This document shows, one piece after another, positions 40,041-49,739 of a DNA stretch of 64,000 nucleotides. Origin of the DNA: Parcubacteria group bacterium (lineage in GTDB: Bacteria; Patescibacteriota; Minisyncoccia; Moranbacterales; UBA2206). Numbering within the stretch: position 1 is the first letter of the stretch; each line of letters starts with the position of its first letter. Position numbers and translations under genes: made by a program. The notes under the pieces were generated by a model. The model was not told the origin of the DNA and made no database searches. It saw only the letters and a list, made by a program, of their open reading frames with translations. The stretch covers positions 3,541 through 67,540 of the forward strand of contig JBAYLE010000002.1 of assembly GCA_041664225.1 (NCBI GenBank), written 5' to 3'.

Positions 40041-41607
40041 CCAGTTTAATAAACCCCGTTTTTATTTGCTCTTCGCCAACATTCTTTTGGTTTTCTTTTT
40101 GATTTTGCTTTCAAATCTGGGGATTTTGCCGATTAAAAAATCTGGAGATTTTATTTTTTTTGCACTTGTCTATTTAGCTTTTGCGCTTTATCGTCCGGGT
40201 TGGAGTTTTTTGTTTCTCATTGGAACCATCGCGCTGGAAAACATTAGTTTGGCGCCTCAGGAGATTGGAATTTCGGTCCGGCCATATCAATTCATCGGGG
40301 GACTGACTATTTTGGCCGTACTGATTAAGTTGGCCGTTGGCAGACTGGGTTTCAGGCTTCCAAAATTCAACCGCTTTGATTTATTATTTCTGATTTTTGC
40401 CTTGGCAGGTTTTATCAGCACGATTGGAGCACTGGACAAGGGTGCCGCCCTGAAACAATCCATTATTGCATCATCCTTTATAGTCTTATATTTTTTGGCC
40501 AGGATATTTATCCAAGAGATCGCCGATCTCAAAAGAATCACGCCCTTTTTTTTGAGTTCTTCCATAATCGTCGTATTTTATGGCCTCTGGCAGAATTTTA
40601 GATTTATCCAAGGCTCCAACCCATTCGAAGTTATGCCCGGCCGGCCGAACGCCACTTTCACGGAGCCGGATTGGCTCGGAATTTTTTTGGTGATATTATT
40701 GGCAATCTTTTATACCCTTATCTATGACCTGAGAAGTTTTAAAAATATCGACGACCGCGAGATCAAAATTAAAAATTATAAACTGATTTATCTGCACGCA
40801 TGCCTAGTTTTGATTTTTTCCTTGATCATTATTAGTGTCTCTCGTTCCGCTTGGCTGGGCGCGTTTATTGTGACTTTTGCTTATTTATTTATTATCTGGA
40901 CGAATTTGAAAATTCATCCCAAAGAATGGCAATGGAGATTCGCTTTTTGGAACAAAGTTGGGATCCTAAGTTCTTTGCTTGCCGCCATTGCGTTGGTTTA
41001 TATTTTTCACCTGACAAATTTTCAATTATTCAACCGCGCCCAAAGCACTGCGTCAGGACTCCAGAAAATTACAATTTCTTGTACGCAAAACATAAATCTC
41101 CCTGAAAAAATAAGCAATGTTTCTGAATTAGTCCCGTATGGATGCCGACACATCAATTTGGAAGAAATAGAAACGGAAAAAGGAAAAGGCAATTTTGTCG
41201 GCGAAATTTTCCGTGATGATCCTAACATCAATATCCGTGGACGAATTTACCAAAGGTCTTGGGAACAAATCAAAACGCATCTGATCTTAGGAATCGGATG
41301 GGGCAACATTGGAAAAATTTTAGGAATTGACGAAGCCGGAAACAGTCTGAATTCCAGCAACATTTTTTTGGAAGTTTGGCTGGGCACGGGCTTGCTGGGG
41401 ATAATTACATTTGCCTTGATTTGGATTTGGACTATAATCAAATCAATCAGGCTGTTCGTTTTTGAAAATAATTCCGGGGGAAAGCTCTTGGGATTGTTTT
41501 TGTTTTTAGGAAGCATTGCGCTTCTGGTTCCCAATCTATTCAACGCGGGAATATTTCTAGGCGCAATGTGGTTGTTCTTTGGTTTTATGAATATCGGAAA
41601 AAAATAA
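40024..41607 (+). CDS. O-antigen ligase/polymerase-like (Wzy_C) membrane protein
   Basis: RPNATFTEPD, SVSRSAW, R..IY...LGIGWG, SSNIFLEVWLGTGLLG. Confidence 0.8.
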   Translation: MNEIFNQFNKPRFYLLFANILLVFFLILLSNLGILPIKKSGDFIFFALVYLAFALYRPGWSFLFLIGTIALENISLAPQEIGISVRPYQFIGGLTILAVLIKLAVGRLGFRLPKFNRFDLLFLIFALAGFISTIGALDKGAALKQSIIASSFIVLYFLARIFIQEIADLKRITPFFLSSSIIVVFYGLWQNFRFIQGSNPFEVMPGRPNATFTEPDWLGIFLVILLAIFYTLIYDLRSFKNIDDREIKIKNYKLIYLHACLVLIFSLIIISVSRSAWLGAFIVTFAYLFIIWTNLKIHPKEWQWRFAFWNKVGILSSLLAAIALVYIFHLTNFQLFNRAQSTASGLQKITISCTQNINLPEKISNVSELVPYGCRHINLEEIETEKGKGNFVGEIFRDDPNINIRGRIYQRSWEQIKTHLILGIGWGNIGKILGIDEAGNSLNSSNIFLEVWLGTGLLGIITFALIWIWTIIKSIRLFVFENNSGGKLLGLFLFLGSIALLVPNLFNAGIFLGAMWLFFGFMNIGKK

Positions 41608-41626
41608 AGAAAAAGGAGAGAAAGAC

Positions 41627-41872
41627 ATGTCATGTCAAGGAGAAAAACACAAAAGTTGTCTTATCTGCGCATTAGGTAAAGGCATAACCGGATCGGAAGC
41701 AGCTTCTCTAATCGAACAAGAAATCGGACCAGCTCTCGCAAAAAAAGCGGGCGTGACAGAAGAAACTGGACGCGCGTCTTTCTTCAGCTCATTGAAGTCA
41801 AGCGGATCCACGCTTCAACACAACCTGAGTAAGATTGAGGGACTGGTTTGCTTTATCCCTCCCCACTGGTAA
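41627..41872 (+). CDS. Small hypothetical protein (4 Cys)
   Basis: SD AAGGAG upstream; followed by a C(UUCG)G terminator; no recognisable family. Confidence 0.45.
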   Translation: MSCQGEKHKSCLICALGKGITGSEAASLIEQEIGPALAKKAGVTEETGRASFFSSLKSSGSTLQHNLSKIEGLVCFIPPHW

Positions 41873-41911
41873 AAAATAACCAGGAAGGGAAGCGTGATAC
41901 ATTTCTCAAGC

Positions 41912-41938
41912 GGGAGCCTTCGGACTCCCTCTTTTTTT
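41912..41938 (+). terminator. Intrinsic terminator with UUCG tetraloop
   Basis: GGGAG-C-CTTCGG-A-CTCCC-TCTTTTTTT. Confidence 0.65.
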
Positions 41939-41964
41939 ATTCTTTTTTATGCTATTATAGATTT

Positions 41965-43149
41965 ATGAAAATCGGCATTGATATCAGAAATATAGGCAAA
42001 CATAGAACTGGCGATGAAGTGGTCTTTTTTAATTTAACTAAAAGCTTAGCTGACCTGGATCGCCAGAATAATTATTTTTTATGCACCGATATAACCGACC
42101 CGATCGTATTAGCTGATATAGCAGACCGATTAGGACTTCAAGACAAGCCTAATTTTGAAATTGTTTCCTTAAAAACCAAAAATAGATACACTTGGAATTT
42201 CTGGGCGCTGCCGCGTTATCTCCGCCAAAATCCAGTAGACATTTACCTGACTCAATATATCACGCCTTTTTTTGTGCCGAAGAAAATCAAAATTGCCACC
42301 GTTGTGCATGATGTGTCATTCAAGGTTTACCGTAAATTTATAAGATTCTCTGATTTATTTTTTTTGGATATTTTGATCCCGCTATCTTTCAAACGAGCTG
42401 ACAAAATCATCGGGGTTTCAAAATTCACTGCTGACGAAATCATCAAGTACTACAAAACAGCTCCCGAAAAAGTCAGTTGGATCCATAACGCAGTCGGTGA
42501 CAATTTCAAAGAAGCTGTATCTCCACAAGAAATTGATGCAGTTAGAAAAAAATATAATTTACCGGAAAAATTTATTTTGTATATCGGCACACTGCAACCG
42601 CGAAAAAATCTACCCGCACTGATTACGGCCTATTCCACCCTTGCCGAAGATACCCGCGCTAAAATCAAGCTGGTATTGGCAGGCGGCAAGGGGCATAATT
42701 ATGATCCCGGGATCGAAAAGTCCATCGCAGAATACTCTTTAGAAAAGGATGTATTTTTGCCGGGATTTATTGACGAAAAGGACAAGCCGGCGATTTTTAT
42801 GGCTTGTCATGTCTTCTGTAATCCCTCTTTTTATGAGGGTTTTGGTATAACCATTCTAGAGGCCATGACACTGGGAATTCCTGTTTTAGCCTCAATGATT
42901 CCGCCCCATCAAGAAGTTGCCGAAAATAGCGTTTCATATTTTAATCCGGAAGATACGGAGGAATTAACAAGATTGCTCGCCTCTGTCATCGCCGATGAAA
43001 ATTTGCGAAATGAACTGGCACACAAAGAGTTGATTCAGACCAAAAAATTTTCTTGGGAAACGACCTCGCAAAAATTGCTTGAGCTGTTCAACAATTTGAA
43101 TAATCCCGAAAAAAAACGAGCATTTTTTGGCCATAATCAGAGCGATTGA
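41965..43149 (+). CDS. GT4 glycosyltransferase (MtfB-like)
   Basis: MKIGIDIR, VHDVSF, GTLQPRKN, PSFYEGFGITILEAM. Confidence 0.9.
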   Translation: MKIGIDIRNIGKHRTGDEVVFFNLTKSLADLDRQNNYFLCTDITDPIVLADIADRLGLQDKPNFEIVSLKTKNRYTWNFWALPRYLRQNPVDIYLTQYITPFFVPKKIKIATVVHDVSFKVYRKFIRFSDLFFLDILIPLSFKRADKIIGVSKFTADEIIKYYKTAPEKVSWIHNAVGDNFKEAVSPQEIDAVRKKYNLPEKFILYIGTLQPRKNLPALITAYSTLAEDTRAKIKLVLAGGKGHNYDPGIEKSIAEYSLEKDVFLPGFIDEKDKPAIFMACHVFCNPSFYEGFGITILEAMTLGIPVLASMIPPHQEVAENSVSYFNPEDTEELTRLLASVIADENLRNELAHKELIQTKKFSWETTSQKLLELFNNLNNPEKKRAFFGHNQSD

Positions 43150-43240
43150 CAATCGGCATAAATAGGATAAAATATATACTATGTTGTTGAAATAGGAAAT
43201 TTTCACAATTTTTAACTCATTAATTACGATCAAAAAGAAC

Positions 43241-44455
43241 ATGGCTTATTTAAGAAGTAACGCAAACCCCGCTCAAAACAGTCAAACGACTGGCAAGACT
43301 AAATCAAAATTTTATACAAAAAAGTGGTTTAAAATAATATTAGTTGTTGTTATTTTATTTGTTTTGGTGGGCGGGACTTTCGCCTGGAAAGCGGGTAATA
43401 TTCTGAGCAAAATTTCCAATGGCAGCCTGATAAACAGCTTGGCGCATTCTTTGCCGGGCACAAATGACCAATTGAAGGGCGAGGCAGATGGTCGGATAAA
43501 TATTTTGCTCTTGGGCATGCGTGGAGCAAATTTACCGGGCGGAGGAACTTTGGCTGATACGATAATGGTAGCCAGCATCGCGCCCAAGGAAAATAAAATT
43601 GCTATGATTTCAATTCCGCGCGACCTTTATGTCACTACTCCGGGCACGGAAAGCAAAAACAAGATAAACGCAGTACACGCCTACGGCGAACAGAAGGGCG
43701 CCGGGCAAGGAATCGGGGATATGAAGACCATTGTCGATCAAGTTATCGGACTGCCGATTCATTACGCGGTCAGTATTGACTTCGCCGGCTTCAAACAATT
43801 GGTAGACGCGATTGGCGGAGTTGACATAACTCTCGCTGGCCCCTTTAATGAATCTGTCCAATTTAATGAACCTCATGTTTGCGACTCATTCTTTACCCAG
43901 CCGACCGGGAAATTTGAATATAAATATCACAGTTATTCAACCAGCCGCAAAATTGTTGCCCAATATCCCTTATGCACGGCACCAGCCAACGCTTTGGAAT
44001 GTGGCGGAAATTTTAACTTGCCAGCTGGGAAACAAACGCTCAGTGGCGAGCAAGCCTTGTGTTACGCCAGATCAAGGGCCACCTCCAGTGATTTTGAACG
44101 CGCCAAGAGACAACAGCAAATCATCCAATTGGTCAAAGCGAAGCTTTTAAGCGCCGGGACACTGACTGATTTTGGAAAGTTGAATGGGATTTTAAATAGT
44201 CTTGGTAATAATGTCAGAACCGACATGCAGCCTTGGGAAATGAAAAAACTTTACGATTTATACATAAGCATGCAAGACCCGCAAACCTACCAAAGAGTGC
44301 TGGAAAATTCCGAGGAGGGCTTGCTCTATACCCCCGTAGAAACTAAAGAAACCGGGTATATTTTGCTTCCGCGCGGGGACAATTACGACCAGATTCATAA
44401 CGTCGCACAGAACATCTTTACTATTGCGCCTCAGTCAGATATAGCTCCAAAATAA
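43241..44455 (+). CDS. LCP (LytR-CpsA-Psr) family glycopolymer transferase
   Basis: INILLLG, ADTIMV, SIPRDLYV, KINA, LVDAIGGV, YARSR..SDFERAKRQQ. Confidence 0.92.
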   Translation: MAYLRSNANPAQNSQTTGKTKSKFYTKKWFKIILVVVILFVLVGGTFAWKAGNILSKISNGSLINSLAHSLPGTNDQLKGEADGRINILLLGMRGANLPGGGTLADTIMVASIAPKENKIAMISIPRDLYVTTPGTESKNKINAVHAYGEQKGAGQGIGDMKTIVDQVIGLPIHYAVSIDFAGFKQLVDAIGGVDITLAGPFNESVQFNEPHVCDSFFTQPTGKFEYKYHSYSTSRKIVAQYPLCTAPANALECGGNFNLPAGKQTLSGEQALCYARSRATSSDFERAKRQQQIIQLVKAKLLSAGTLTDFGKLNGILNSLGNNVRTDMQPWEMKKLYDLYISMQDPQTYQRVLENSEEGLLYTPVETKETGYILLPRGDNYDQIHNVAQNIFTIAPQSDIAPK

Positions 44456-44529
44456 TTACGCTACCAGACCTCGGACTTTAAAAAATGCGGCATGATCTTT
44501 CGATGGTCATGCCGCATATTATTAAAACA

Positions 44530-45339
44530 ATGGAACTTTCAATAATCATTACGAGTTATAAAAATCCAGAGTTGCTTCAAGTCTGCATCGACTCAATCAA
44601 AAAAAATTACGCCAGTGATGACTGCGAAATAATTGTAGCCGACAGCGCGACCGAGGAAAAAACCGAAATAATGATGCGGGAGGATTATCCGGGAATAAAA
44701 TTCATTGCCTCAAGAAAAAATATTGGTTTCAGCGGCACGGTTAATAATGGATTTGCGGTTGCGCGGGGGAGATATCTGCTAATTTTGAACGGCGATATAA
44801 TTGTTAAAAAAGATGCGATCAAAAAACTTCTGGATTATATCAGCAATCATCCCGATGTTGGAATTGTCAGTCCGCAGCTTCTAAATTTTAATGAGACATT
44901 CCAACCATCAACATTTCGTTTTTATACGCCGCTCACGATTGTTTTTCGCCGGACTTTCCTTGGAAAATTTTCTTTTGCCAAGAAGCATCTGGATAGGTTC
45001 TTGATGAAAGACTTTGATCATAAAAGCATCCGTAATGTTGATTGGGTGATGGGTTCATCGCTTATGACAAGCCGGCAGGCCGTTGAAAAGGTTGGCGTGA
45101 TGGACCACCAATTCAAGTTATACTTTGAGGATACCGATTGGTGCCGCAGATTTTGGGAAAAAGGATATAGGGTGGTATACTTTCCGGAGGCGCAAATGTA
45201 CCATTATCATGGCCGGGGATCGGCCAGCGGAAGCGTTTTCCGAGCCTTGATCTCGAATAAGCTGACTTGGATGCATATCGCCAGCGCGATAAAATATTTT
45301 ATAAAATACGCCGGCAAACCCTTGCCTGAACATAATTAA
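44530..45339 (+). CDS. GT2 glycosyltransferase (WbbL-like rhamnosyltransferase family)
   Basis: LSIIITSY, NIGF..NNG, LNGD, VDWVMGS, LYFEDTDWC. Confidence 0.85.
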   Translation: MELSIIITSYKNPELLQVCIDSIKKNYASDDCEIIVADSATEEKTEIMMREDYPGIKFIASRKNIGFSGTVNNGFAVARGRYLLILNGDIIVKKDAIKKLLDYISNHPDVGIVSPQLLNFNETFQPSTFRFYTPLTIVFRRTFLGKFSFAKKHLDRFLMKDFDHKSIRNVDWVMGSSLMTSRQAVEKVGVMDHQFKLYFEDTDWCRRFWEKGYRVVYFPEAQMYHYHGRGSASGSVFRALISNKLTWMHIASAIKYFIKYAGKPLPEHN

Positions 45340-45357
45340 TTCAACTACGCTTATCTT

Positions 45358-46635
45358 ATGGAAGAAACCAATATCCCAGCAAGTGAAATCAATTTGGATA
45401 AGAACAAAAGATTATTCCACCGATATCTAGCTTTTTTTGCTGTTGCTTTTTTAGTCATTGGCAGTTTTTGGCTCGGCTACGCAAGAGGCAAACAGGCGGA
45501 GCGTTTAGCTGACAAAAGTGTCCCACTCACACAATCAATTGTTGAAAACAAAAACCCGACCGATAGCCAAATCGTAGATTTTTCTTTGTTTTGGAAAGTT
45601 TGGGACTTACTGAAAGAAAAATACGTGAACAATAAAACCTTAGACGCGCAAAAAATGTTGTATGGCGCGATTGATGGCATGCTTAAATCGACAGACGATC
45701 CATACACAACATTTTTTGATCCAAAAGCCACCACCTCCTTCTCTCAGGACTTAGAAGGCAGTTTTGACGGCATCGGCGCCGAGTTGGGCATCAAGGATAG
45801 CATCCTCACCATCATTGCTCCATTAGAAGATTCTCCAGCCGCCAAATCAGGCTTGCGCGCTGGCGACAAAATAATCAAAATTGACGGAAAATCTTCTGCT
45901 GATGTGACCATTGACGGCGCTGTCGATCTCATCCGCGGCAAAAAGGGAACGACTGTTGTTTTGACTGTTCTGCATTCCGACGACCAGGAGACTAAAGATA
46001 TCACGGTTACGCGCGATACTATCACGGTCAAGAGCGTGAAATTAGAATTTAAGGACAACAATATTGCTCACTTGAAAATAACTAAATTCGGCGACACAAC
46101 TGATAAAGAATTCGACACGGCGATGAATCAAATAATCGCCAATGGTTCACGAGGAATTATTTTGGATTTACGCAATGATCCGGGCGGTTATCTGGACAAA
46201 GCGGTGGATGTCGCCAGCCGTATGATTCCTAAGGGCAAGGCTGTTGTGCTAGAAGAAGATAATACTGGAAAACGGGAAACATTGAATACCTTGGGCGGAG
46301 ACAAATTATCCGGCATTCCGACTGTCGTACTCATTAATGAAGGCAGTGCCAGTGCGTCAGAAATTTTGGCTGGAGCGCTCCGCGATAACCGCGCTGTCCA
46401 ACTCATCGGCAAAAAATCTTTCGGCAAGGGATCCGTGCAGGAACTTATCAATCTTCCGCAAGACACCAGCGTTAAAATTACCGTTGCCAAATGGCTCACG
46501 CCCAACGGAGACTATATTATGGAAAAAGGCATCAATCCTGACATTGAGGTTGAGCTGACTTTGGACGACTATGACAACAACCGCGACCCGCAACTGGACA
46601 AGGCGATGGAAGTGATGCAAGAGATAATTAAATAA
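45358..46635 (+). CDS. ctpA: Carboxy-terminal processing protease (S41A, PDZ)
   Basis: DPYT, GIG, LDLRNDPGG, SASASEI, FGKGSVQ. Confidence 0.92.
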   Translation: MEETNIPASEINLDKNKRLFHRYLAFFAVAFLVIGSFWLGYARGKQAERLADKSVPLTQSIVENKNPTDSQIVDFSLFWKVWDLLKEKYVNNKTLDAQKMLYGAIDGMLKSTDDPYTTFFDPKATTSFSQDLEGSFDGIGAELGIKDSILTIIAPLEDSPAAKSGLRAGDKIIKIDGKSSADVTIDGAVDLIRGKKGTTVVLTVLHSDDQETKDITVTRDTITVKSVKLEFKDNNIAHLKITKFGDTTDKEFDTAMNQIIANGSRGIILDLRNDPGGYLDKAVDVASRMIPKGKAVVLEEDNTGKRETLNTLGGDKLSGIPTVVLINEGSASASEILAGALRDNRAVQLIGKKSFGKGSVQELINLPQDTSVKITVAKWLTPNGDYIMEKGINPDIEVELTLDDYDNNRDPQLDKAMEVMQEIIK

Positions 46636-46680
46636 TCTGCAAAATTTGTCATTTCTGTTTTCTTTTATTATAATAGAGTT

Positions 46681-47124
46681 ATGAGAGTAATTTTACTTCA
46701 AGATGTAAATAATATCGGCAAGCAGGGAGACATCAAGGACGTATCTGACGGATACGCCAGGAATTTTTTGTTGCCCAAAAAATTGGCTGAAATTGCCACA
46801 CCTGAAACCATGAGAAAAGCTGAAATCATGAAGGCTAAGCAGGCTGAAGTTCAGCAAGCTGATTTGCAAAAAATTCAAGCCCTGGCCGAATCTCTGCAGG
46901 GACGCGAGGTTGTCATCCAAGCCAAAGAAAAAGACGGAAAACTTTTTGGATCAATCAATGCCAAGGCCATCGCCAAGGAAATGAAAAAAGATAATTTGGA
47001 TATTAATGACAAATCCATTATTCTTCCGGAACCCATCAAGGAAATAGGCGAGTACGAAGTAAAAATAAGCCTGGATCACGGCATTGAAGCTTCGCTTCTG
47101 GTTATTGTGGAAAGCGCCAGTTGA
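46681..47124 (+). CDS. rplI: 50S ribosomal protein L9
   Basis: MRVILLQDV..GKQGDIKDVSDGYARNFLLP, GKLFGSI. Confidence 0.97.
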   Translation: MRVILLQDVNNIGKQGDIKDVSDGYARNFLLPKKLAEIATPETMRKAEIMKAKQAEVQQADLQKIQALAESLQGREVVIQAKEKDGKLFGSINAKAIAKEMKKDNLDINDKSIILPEPIKEIGEYEVKISLDHGIEASLLVIVESAS

Positions 47125-47184
47125 TAACATTTTGAAAGTAGTGTAAAATTAAAAAAACAAAAGTCGCAGGGGAGGCGGCTTTTT
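47121..47184 (+). promoter_or_regulatory. Promoter followed by a terminator-like hairpin upstream of pyrG
   Basis: TTGATA-17-TAAAAT (47121-47149); AAAAGTCGC/GCGGCTTTT stem (47159-47183). Confidence 0.5.
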
Positions 47185-47213
47185 CTCTTGAAAATAATTT
47201 TATTTTTTAAAAT

Positions 47214-48854
47214 ATGAAAAACAGAAAGTACATTTTTGTCGTTGGGGGAGTAATGAGCGGAGTCGGCAAGGGAATAACCACTTCATCAATCGGAGCGATT
47301 CTCAAAGCGCGCGGATTTAATGTCACTGCTTTGAAAATAGATCCGTATATCAACGTTGATGCCGGCACCATGAACCCCACGGAACATGGAGAAACTTTCG
47401 TGCTCGACTCGGGACTCGAAACTGATCAAGATATGGGGAATTACGAAAGATTTATGAATCTGACGCTTCCTCCCGAAAACTATATGACGACCGGAAGCGT
47501 CTATGAAACCGTAATCCACCGCGAAAGAAATCTGGAATACAACGGCAAATGCGTAGAGGTTGTGCCCCATATTCCGCTGGAGGTAATCCATCGCATCAAA
47601 AAAGCCTCCGAAAAAGCCAAGTCCGACATAACTATCATCGAAATTGGGGGAACAGTAGGCGAATATCAAAATATCCTTTTTCTGGAAGCCGCTCGTATGA
47701 TGAAAATAAAACATCCGGAAGACATCCTTTTTGTCATGGTCAGTTACTTGCCAATTCCTTCCAAGGTGGGCGAAATGAAAACCAAGCCGACCCAATACGC
47801 CGTGCGGACTCTGAATGGAGCCGGCATCCAGCCGGATGTGATCATTGCCAGGAGCGAAACTTTCTTGGATCAAAAGCGTAAGGAAAAAATTGCAATTTCC
47901 TGTAATGTTCCGGAGCGCTATGTAATTTCCGCTCCAGACATCGAAAGTATTTATGAAGTGCCGGTCAACTTTGAGCGCGATGACTTAAGCCGGTTGATTT
48001 TGAAAAAACTAGGATTAAAATACAAAAAAACCGACCTTAAAAACTGGTTTGATCTGGTTGAAAACATCAAGCATCCGGAAGGAAAAATAAAAATCGGCAT
48101 TGTCGGCAAATATTTCGGCACTGGAGATTTTGTTCTTTCTGATGCCTACATCAGCGTGATTGAGGCCATCAAACACGCCGCTTTCAAAAACAAGGTCAAA
48201 CCTCAGATTGACTGGATCAACAGTGAACTATTCGAAAAGGAACCGGAAAAACTGGAGGATCTAAAACAGTATAATGGCGTAGTTATCCCGGGCGGGTTTG
48301 GCTCCAGAGGAGTTGAAGGCAAAATAAAAGCTATTCAATTTTTACGCGAGAATAAAATTCCATATCTTGGCCTTTGTTACGGCATGCAGCTGGCGGTTAT
48401 CGAATTTGCGCGCAATGTGCTCGGGCTGAAAGATGCCAATACGACCGAAATTGACCGCGATACCAAAAATCCCGTCATCGACATCATGCCAGAGCAGAAG
48501 AAAAATTTGGAAGATAAAAATTTCGGCGCCACGATGCGCCTGGGGGCGTATCCAGCCAATGTTTCCAAAGGAACCCTAGCATACAAAGCCTATGGCAAAA
48601 CAAAAATTTCCGAACGGCACCGACACAGATGGGAAGTGAATCCTGAATATATTGATCGCCTCAAAAAAGCCGGTTTAGTTTTTTCCGCCAAGTCGCCCAA
48701 CAGCAAGCTGATGGAAATCGCGGAATTGCCGACTTCCGCGCACCCATTCTTTTTGGGTTCGCAGTTTCATCCGGAACTAAAATCCAAACCGCTCGATCCG
48801 CATCCGCTTTTTGTAGAATTCATCAAAGTAAGCGCTAAAAATACAAAGAAATAA
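47214..48854 (+). CDS. pyrG: CTP synthase
   Basis: GGVMSGVGKG, DPYINVDAGTM, KTKPTQ, GLCYGMQ, ERHRHR, QFHPE. Confidence 0.98.
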   Translation: MKNRKYIFVVGGVMSGVGKGITTSSIGAILKARGFNVTALKIDPYINVDAGTMNPTEHGETFVLDSGLETDQDMGNYERFMNLTLPPENYMTTGSVYETVIHRERNLEYNGKCVEVVPHIPLEVIHRIKKASEKAKSDITIIEIGGTVGEYQNILFLEAARMMKIKHPEDILFVMVSYLPIPSKVGEMKTKPTQYAVRTLNGAGIQPDVIIARSETFLDQKRKEKIAISCNVPERYVISAPDIESIYEVPVNFERDDLSRLILKKLGLKYKKTDLKNWFDLVENIKHPEGKIKIGIVGKYFGTGDFVLSDAYISVIEAIKHAAFKNKVKPQIDWINSELFEKEPEKLEDLKQYNGVVIPGGFGSRGVEGKIKAIQFLRENKIPYLGLCYGMQLAVIEFARNVLGLKDANTTEIDRDTKNPVIDIMPEQKKNLEDKNFGATMRLGAYPANVSKGTLAYKAYGKTKISERHRHRWEVNPEYIDRLKKAGLVFSAKSPNSKLMEIAELPTSAHPFFLGSQFHPELKSKPLDPHPLFVEFIKVSAKNTKK

Positions 48855-48863
48855 TTCAAAACA

Positions 48864-48897
48864 AAACTTAAAAAGCCCATAAGGGCTTTTTAAGTTT
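48864..48897. terminator. Bidirectional terminator between convergent pyrG and rpmA
   Basis: Perfect 15-bp IR AAACTTAAAAAGCCC-ATAA-GGGCTTTTTAAGTTT. Confidence 0.85.
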
Positions 48898-48914
48898 ATA
48901 GAAAACGGATCAAT

Positions 48915-49199
48915 TTATCTCTTAATCTCTTCCACTGAAACAAAACTCCTTTCTTGCAGTTTTCCGGTGAATAATCTAACCTTTTTGGCCACAAATTTTA
49001 CCAAGCCTTTTTTGAGCGCGAAAAGTGTATCATCTTCGCCTCTGCGGACGTTCTTCCCGACGCGGAATTTTGTGCCTCTTTGACGAACAATGATTTGGCC
49101 TGATTCGGCCCTCTGACCGCCAAAAATCTTTACGCCTAGTCTTTTAGAAATAGAATCCCTGCCTAGTTGGGTAGATCCGCCTGCTTTACGATGTGCCAT
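48915..49199 (-). CDS. rpmA: 50S ribosomal protein L27
   Basis: [28 protein letters not shown]. Confidence 0.97.
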   Translation of the reverse strand: MAHRKAGGSTQLGRDSISKRLGVKIFGGQRAESGQIIVRQRGTKFRVGKNVRRGEDDTLFALKKGLVKFVAKKVRLFTGKLQERSFVSVEEIKR

Positions 49200-49307
49200 A
49201 TGTTTAAATGAGAAATTAAAAGCGCGTACCGCGCAAAATAACTTCTGAATTTACTTGTTTATTGCCTATAATGCATTATAAGCTTATTGTGATATAATGT
49301 CAATAAG

Positions 49308-49724
49308 ATGGAAAACAAGATAAAGGATTTTCTGAAGGCGAATGAGCCTAAAATCGCCCTATTTATCGGTTTCGTTTTAGTCGCCGGCATTTCTTTTGAA
49401 TTTGGGCTTATTCAAGGGAAAAAACAGCAGAATAAACCGCTTATTATTGAAAAGTCAATTCTGGGCCAAAATGTAGAATCACAGGTACCATCAGCAAGCC
49501 CCTCTCAAGCTCAAAATTTGGCCACAGAAGCAAAAATAACCCCTGACAGCACAAATACCCCGCCTCAATCTTGCACATTTGTGGGCAGTAAAAACTCCAA
49601 CAAATATCATCTGCCGACCTGTCATTTTGCCAAACTCATCAAACCTGAAAATCTCGTCTGTTTCAAATCGGCTGAAGACGCCCAGAGCAGGGGATACCAG
49701 CCAGACAAAAACTGTGTAAAATAA
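49308..49724 (+). CDS. Membrane-anchored protein with C-terminal Ada-type metal-binding domain
   Basis: FVGSKNSNKYHLPTC...F.S.EDA...GY.P..NC. Confidence 0.75.
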   Translation: MENKIKDFLKANEPKIALFIGFVLVAGISFEFGLIQGKKQQNKPLIIEKSILGQNVESQVPSASPSQAQNLATEAKITPDSTNTPPQSCTFVGSKNSNKYHLPTCHFAKLIKPENLVCFKSAEDAQSRGYQPDKNCVK

Positions 49725-49739
49725 TTATTTTTAATACTT

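Noticed and set aside
40759-40786. Possible degenerate heptamer array in the ligase gene (EIKIKNYKL)
   Set aside because: Too degenerate and AT-rich to separate from chance by eye
41848-41964. N-terminal extension of the GT4 ORF, and similar extensions at 186, 4406, 17614, 33387, 51594, 53399, 57662, 59207
   Set aside because: The extensions run through terminators, promoters or upstream genes; downstream starts fit family N-termini and -10 or SD spacing
49267-49280. Palindrome TATAATGCATTATA
   Set aside because: Explained by -10 elements in the divergent rpmA/49308 promoter region
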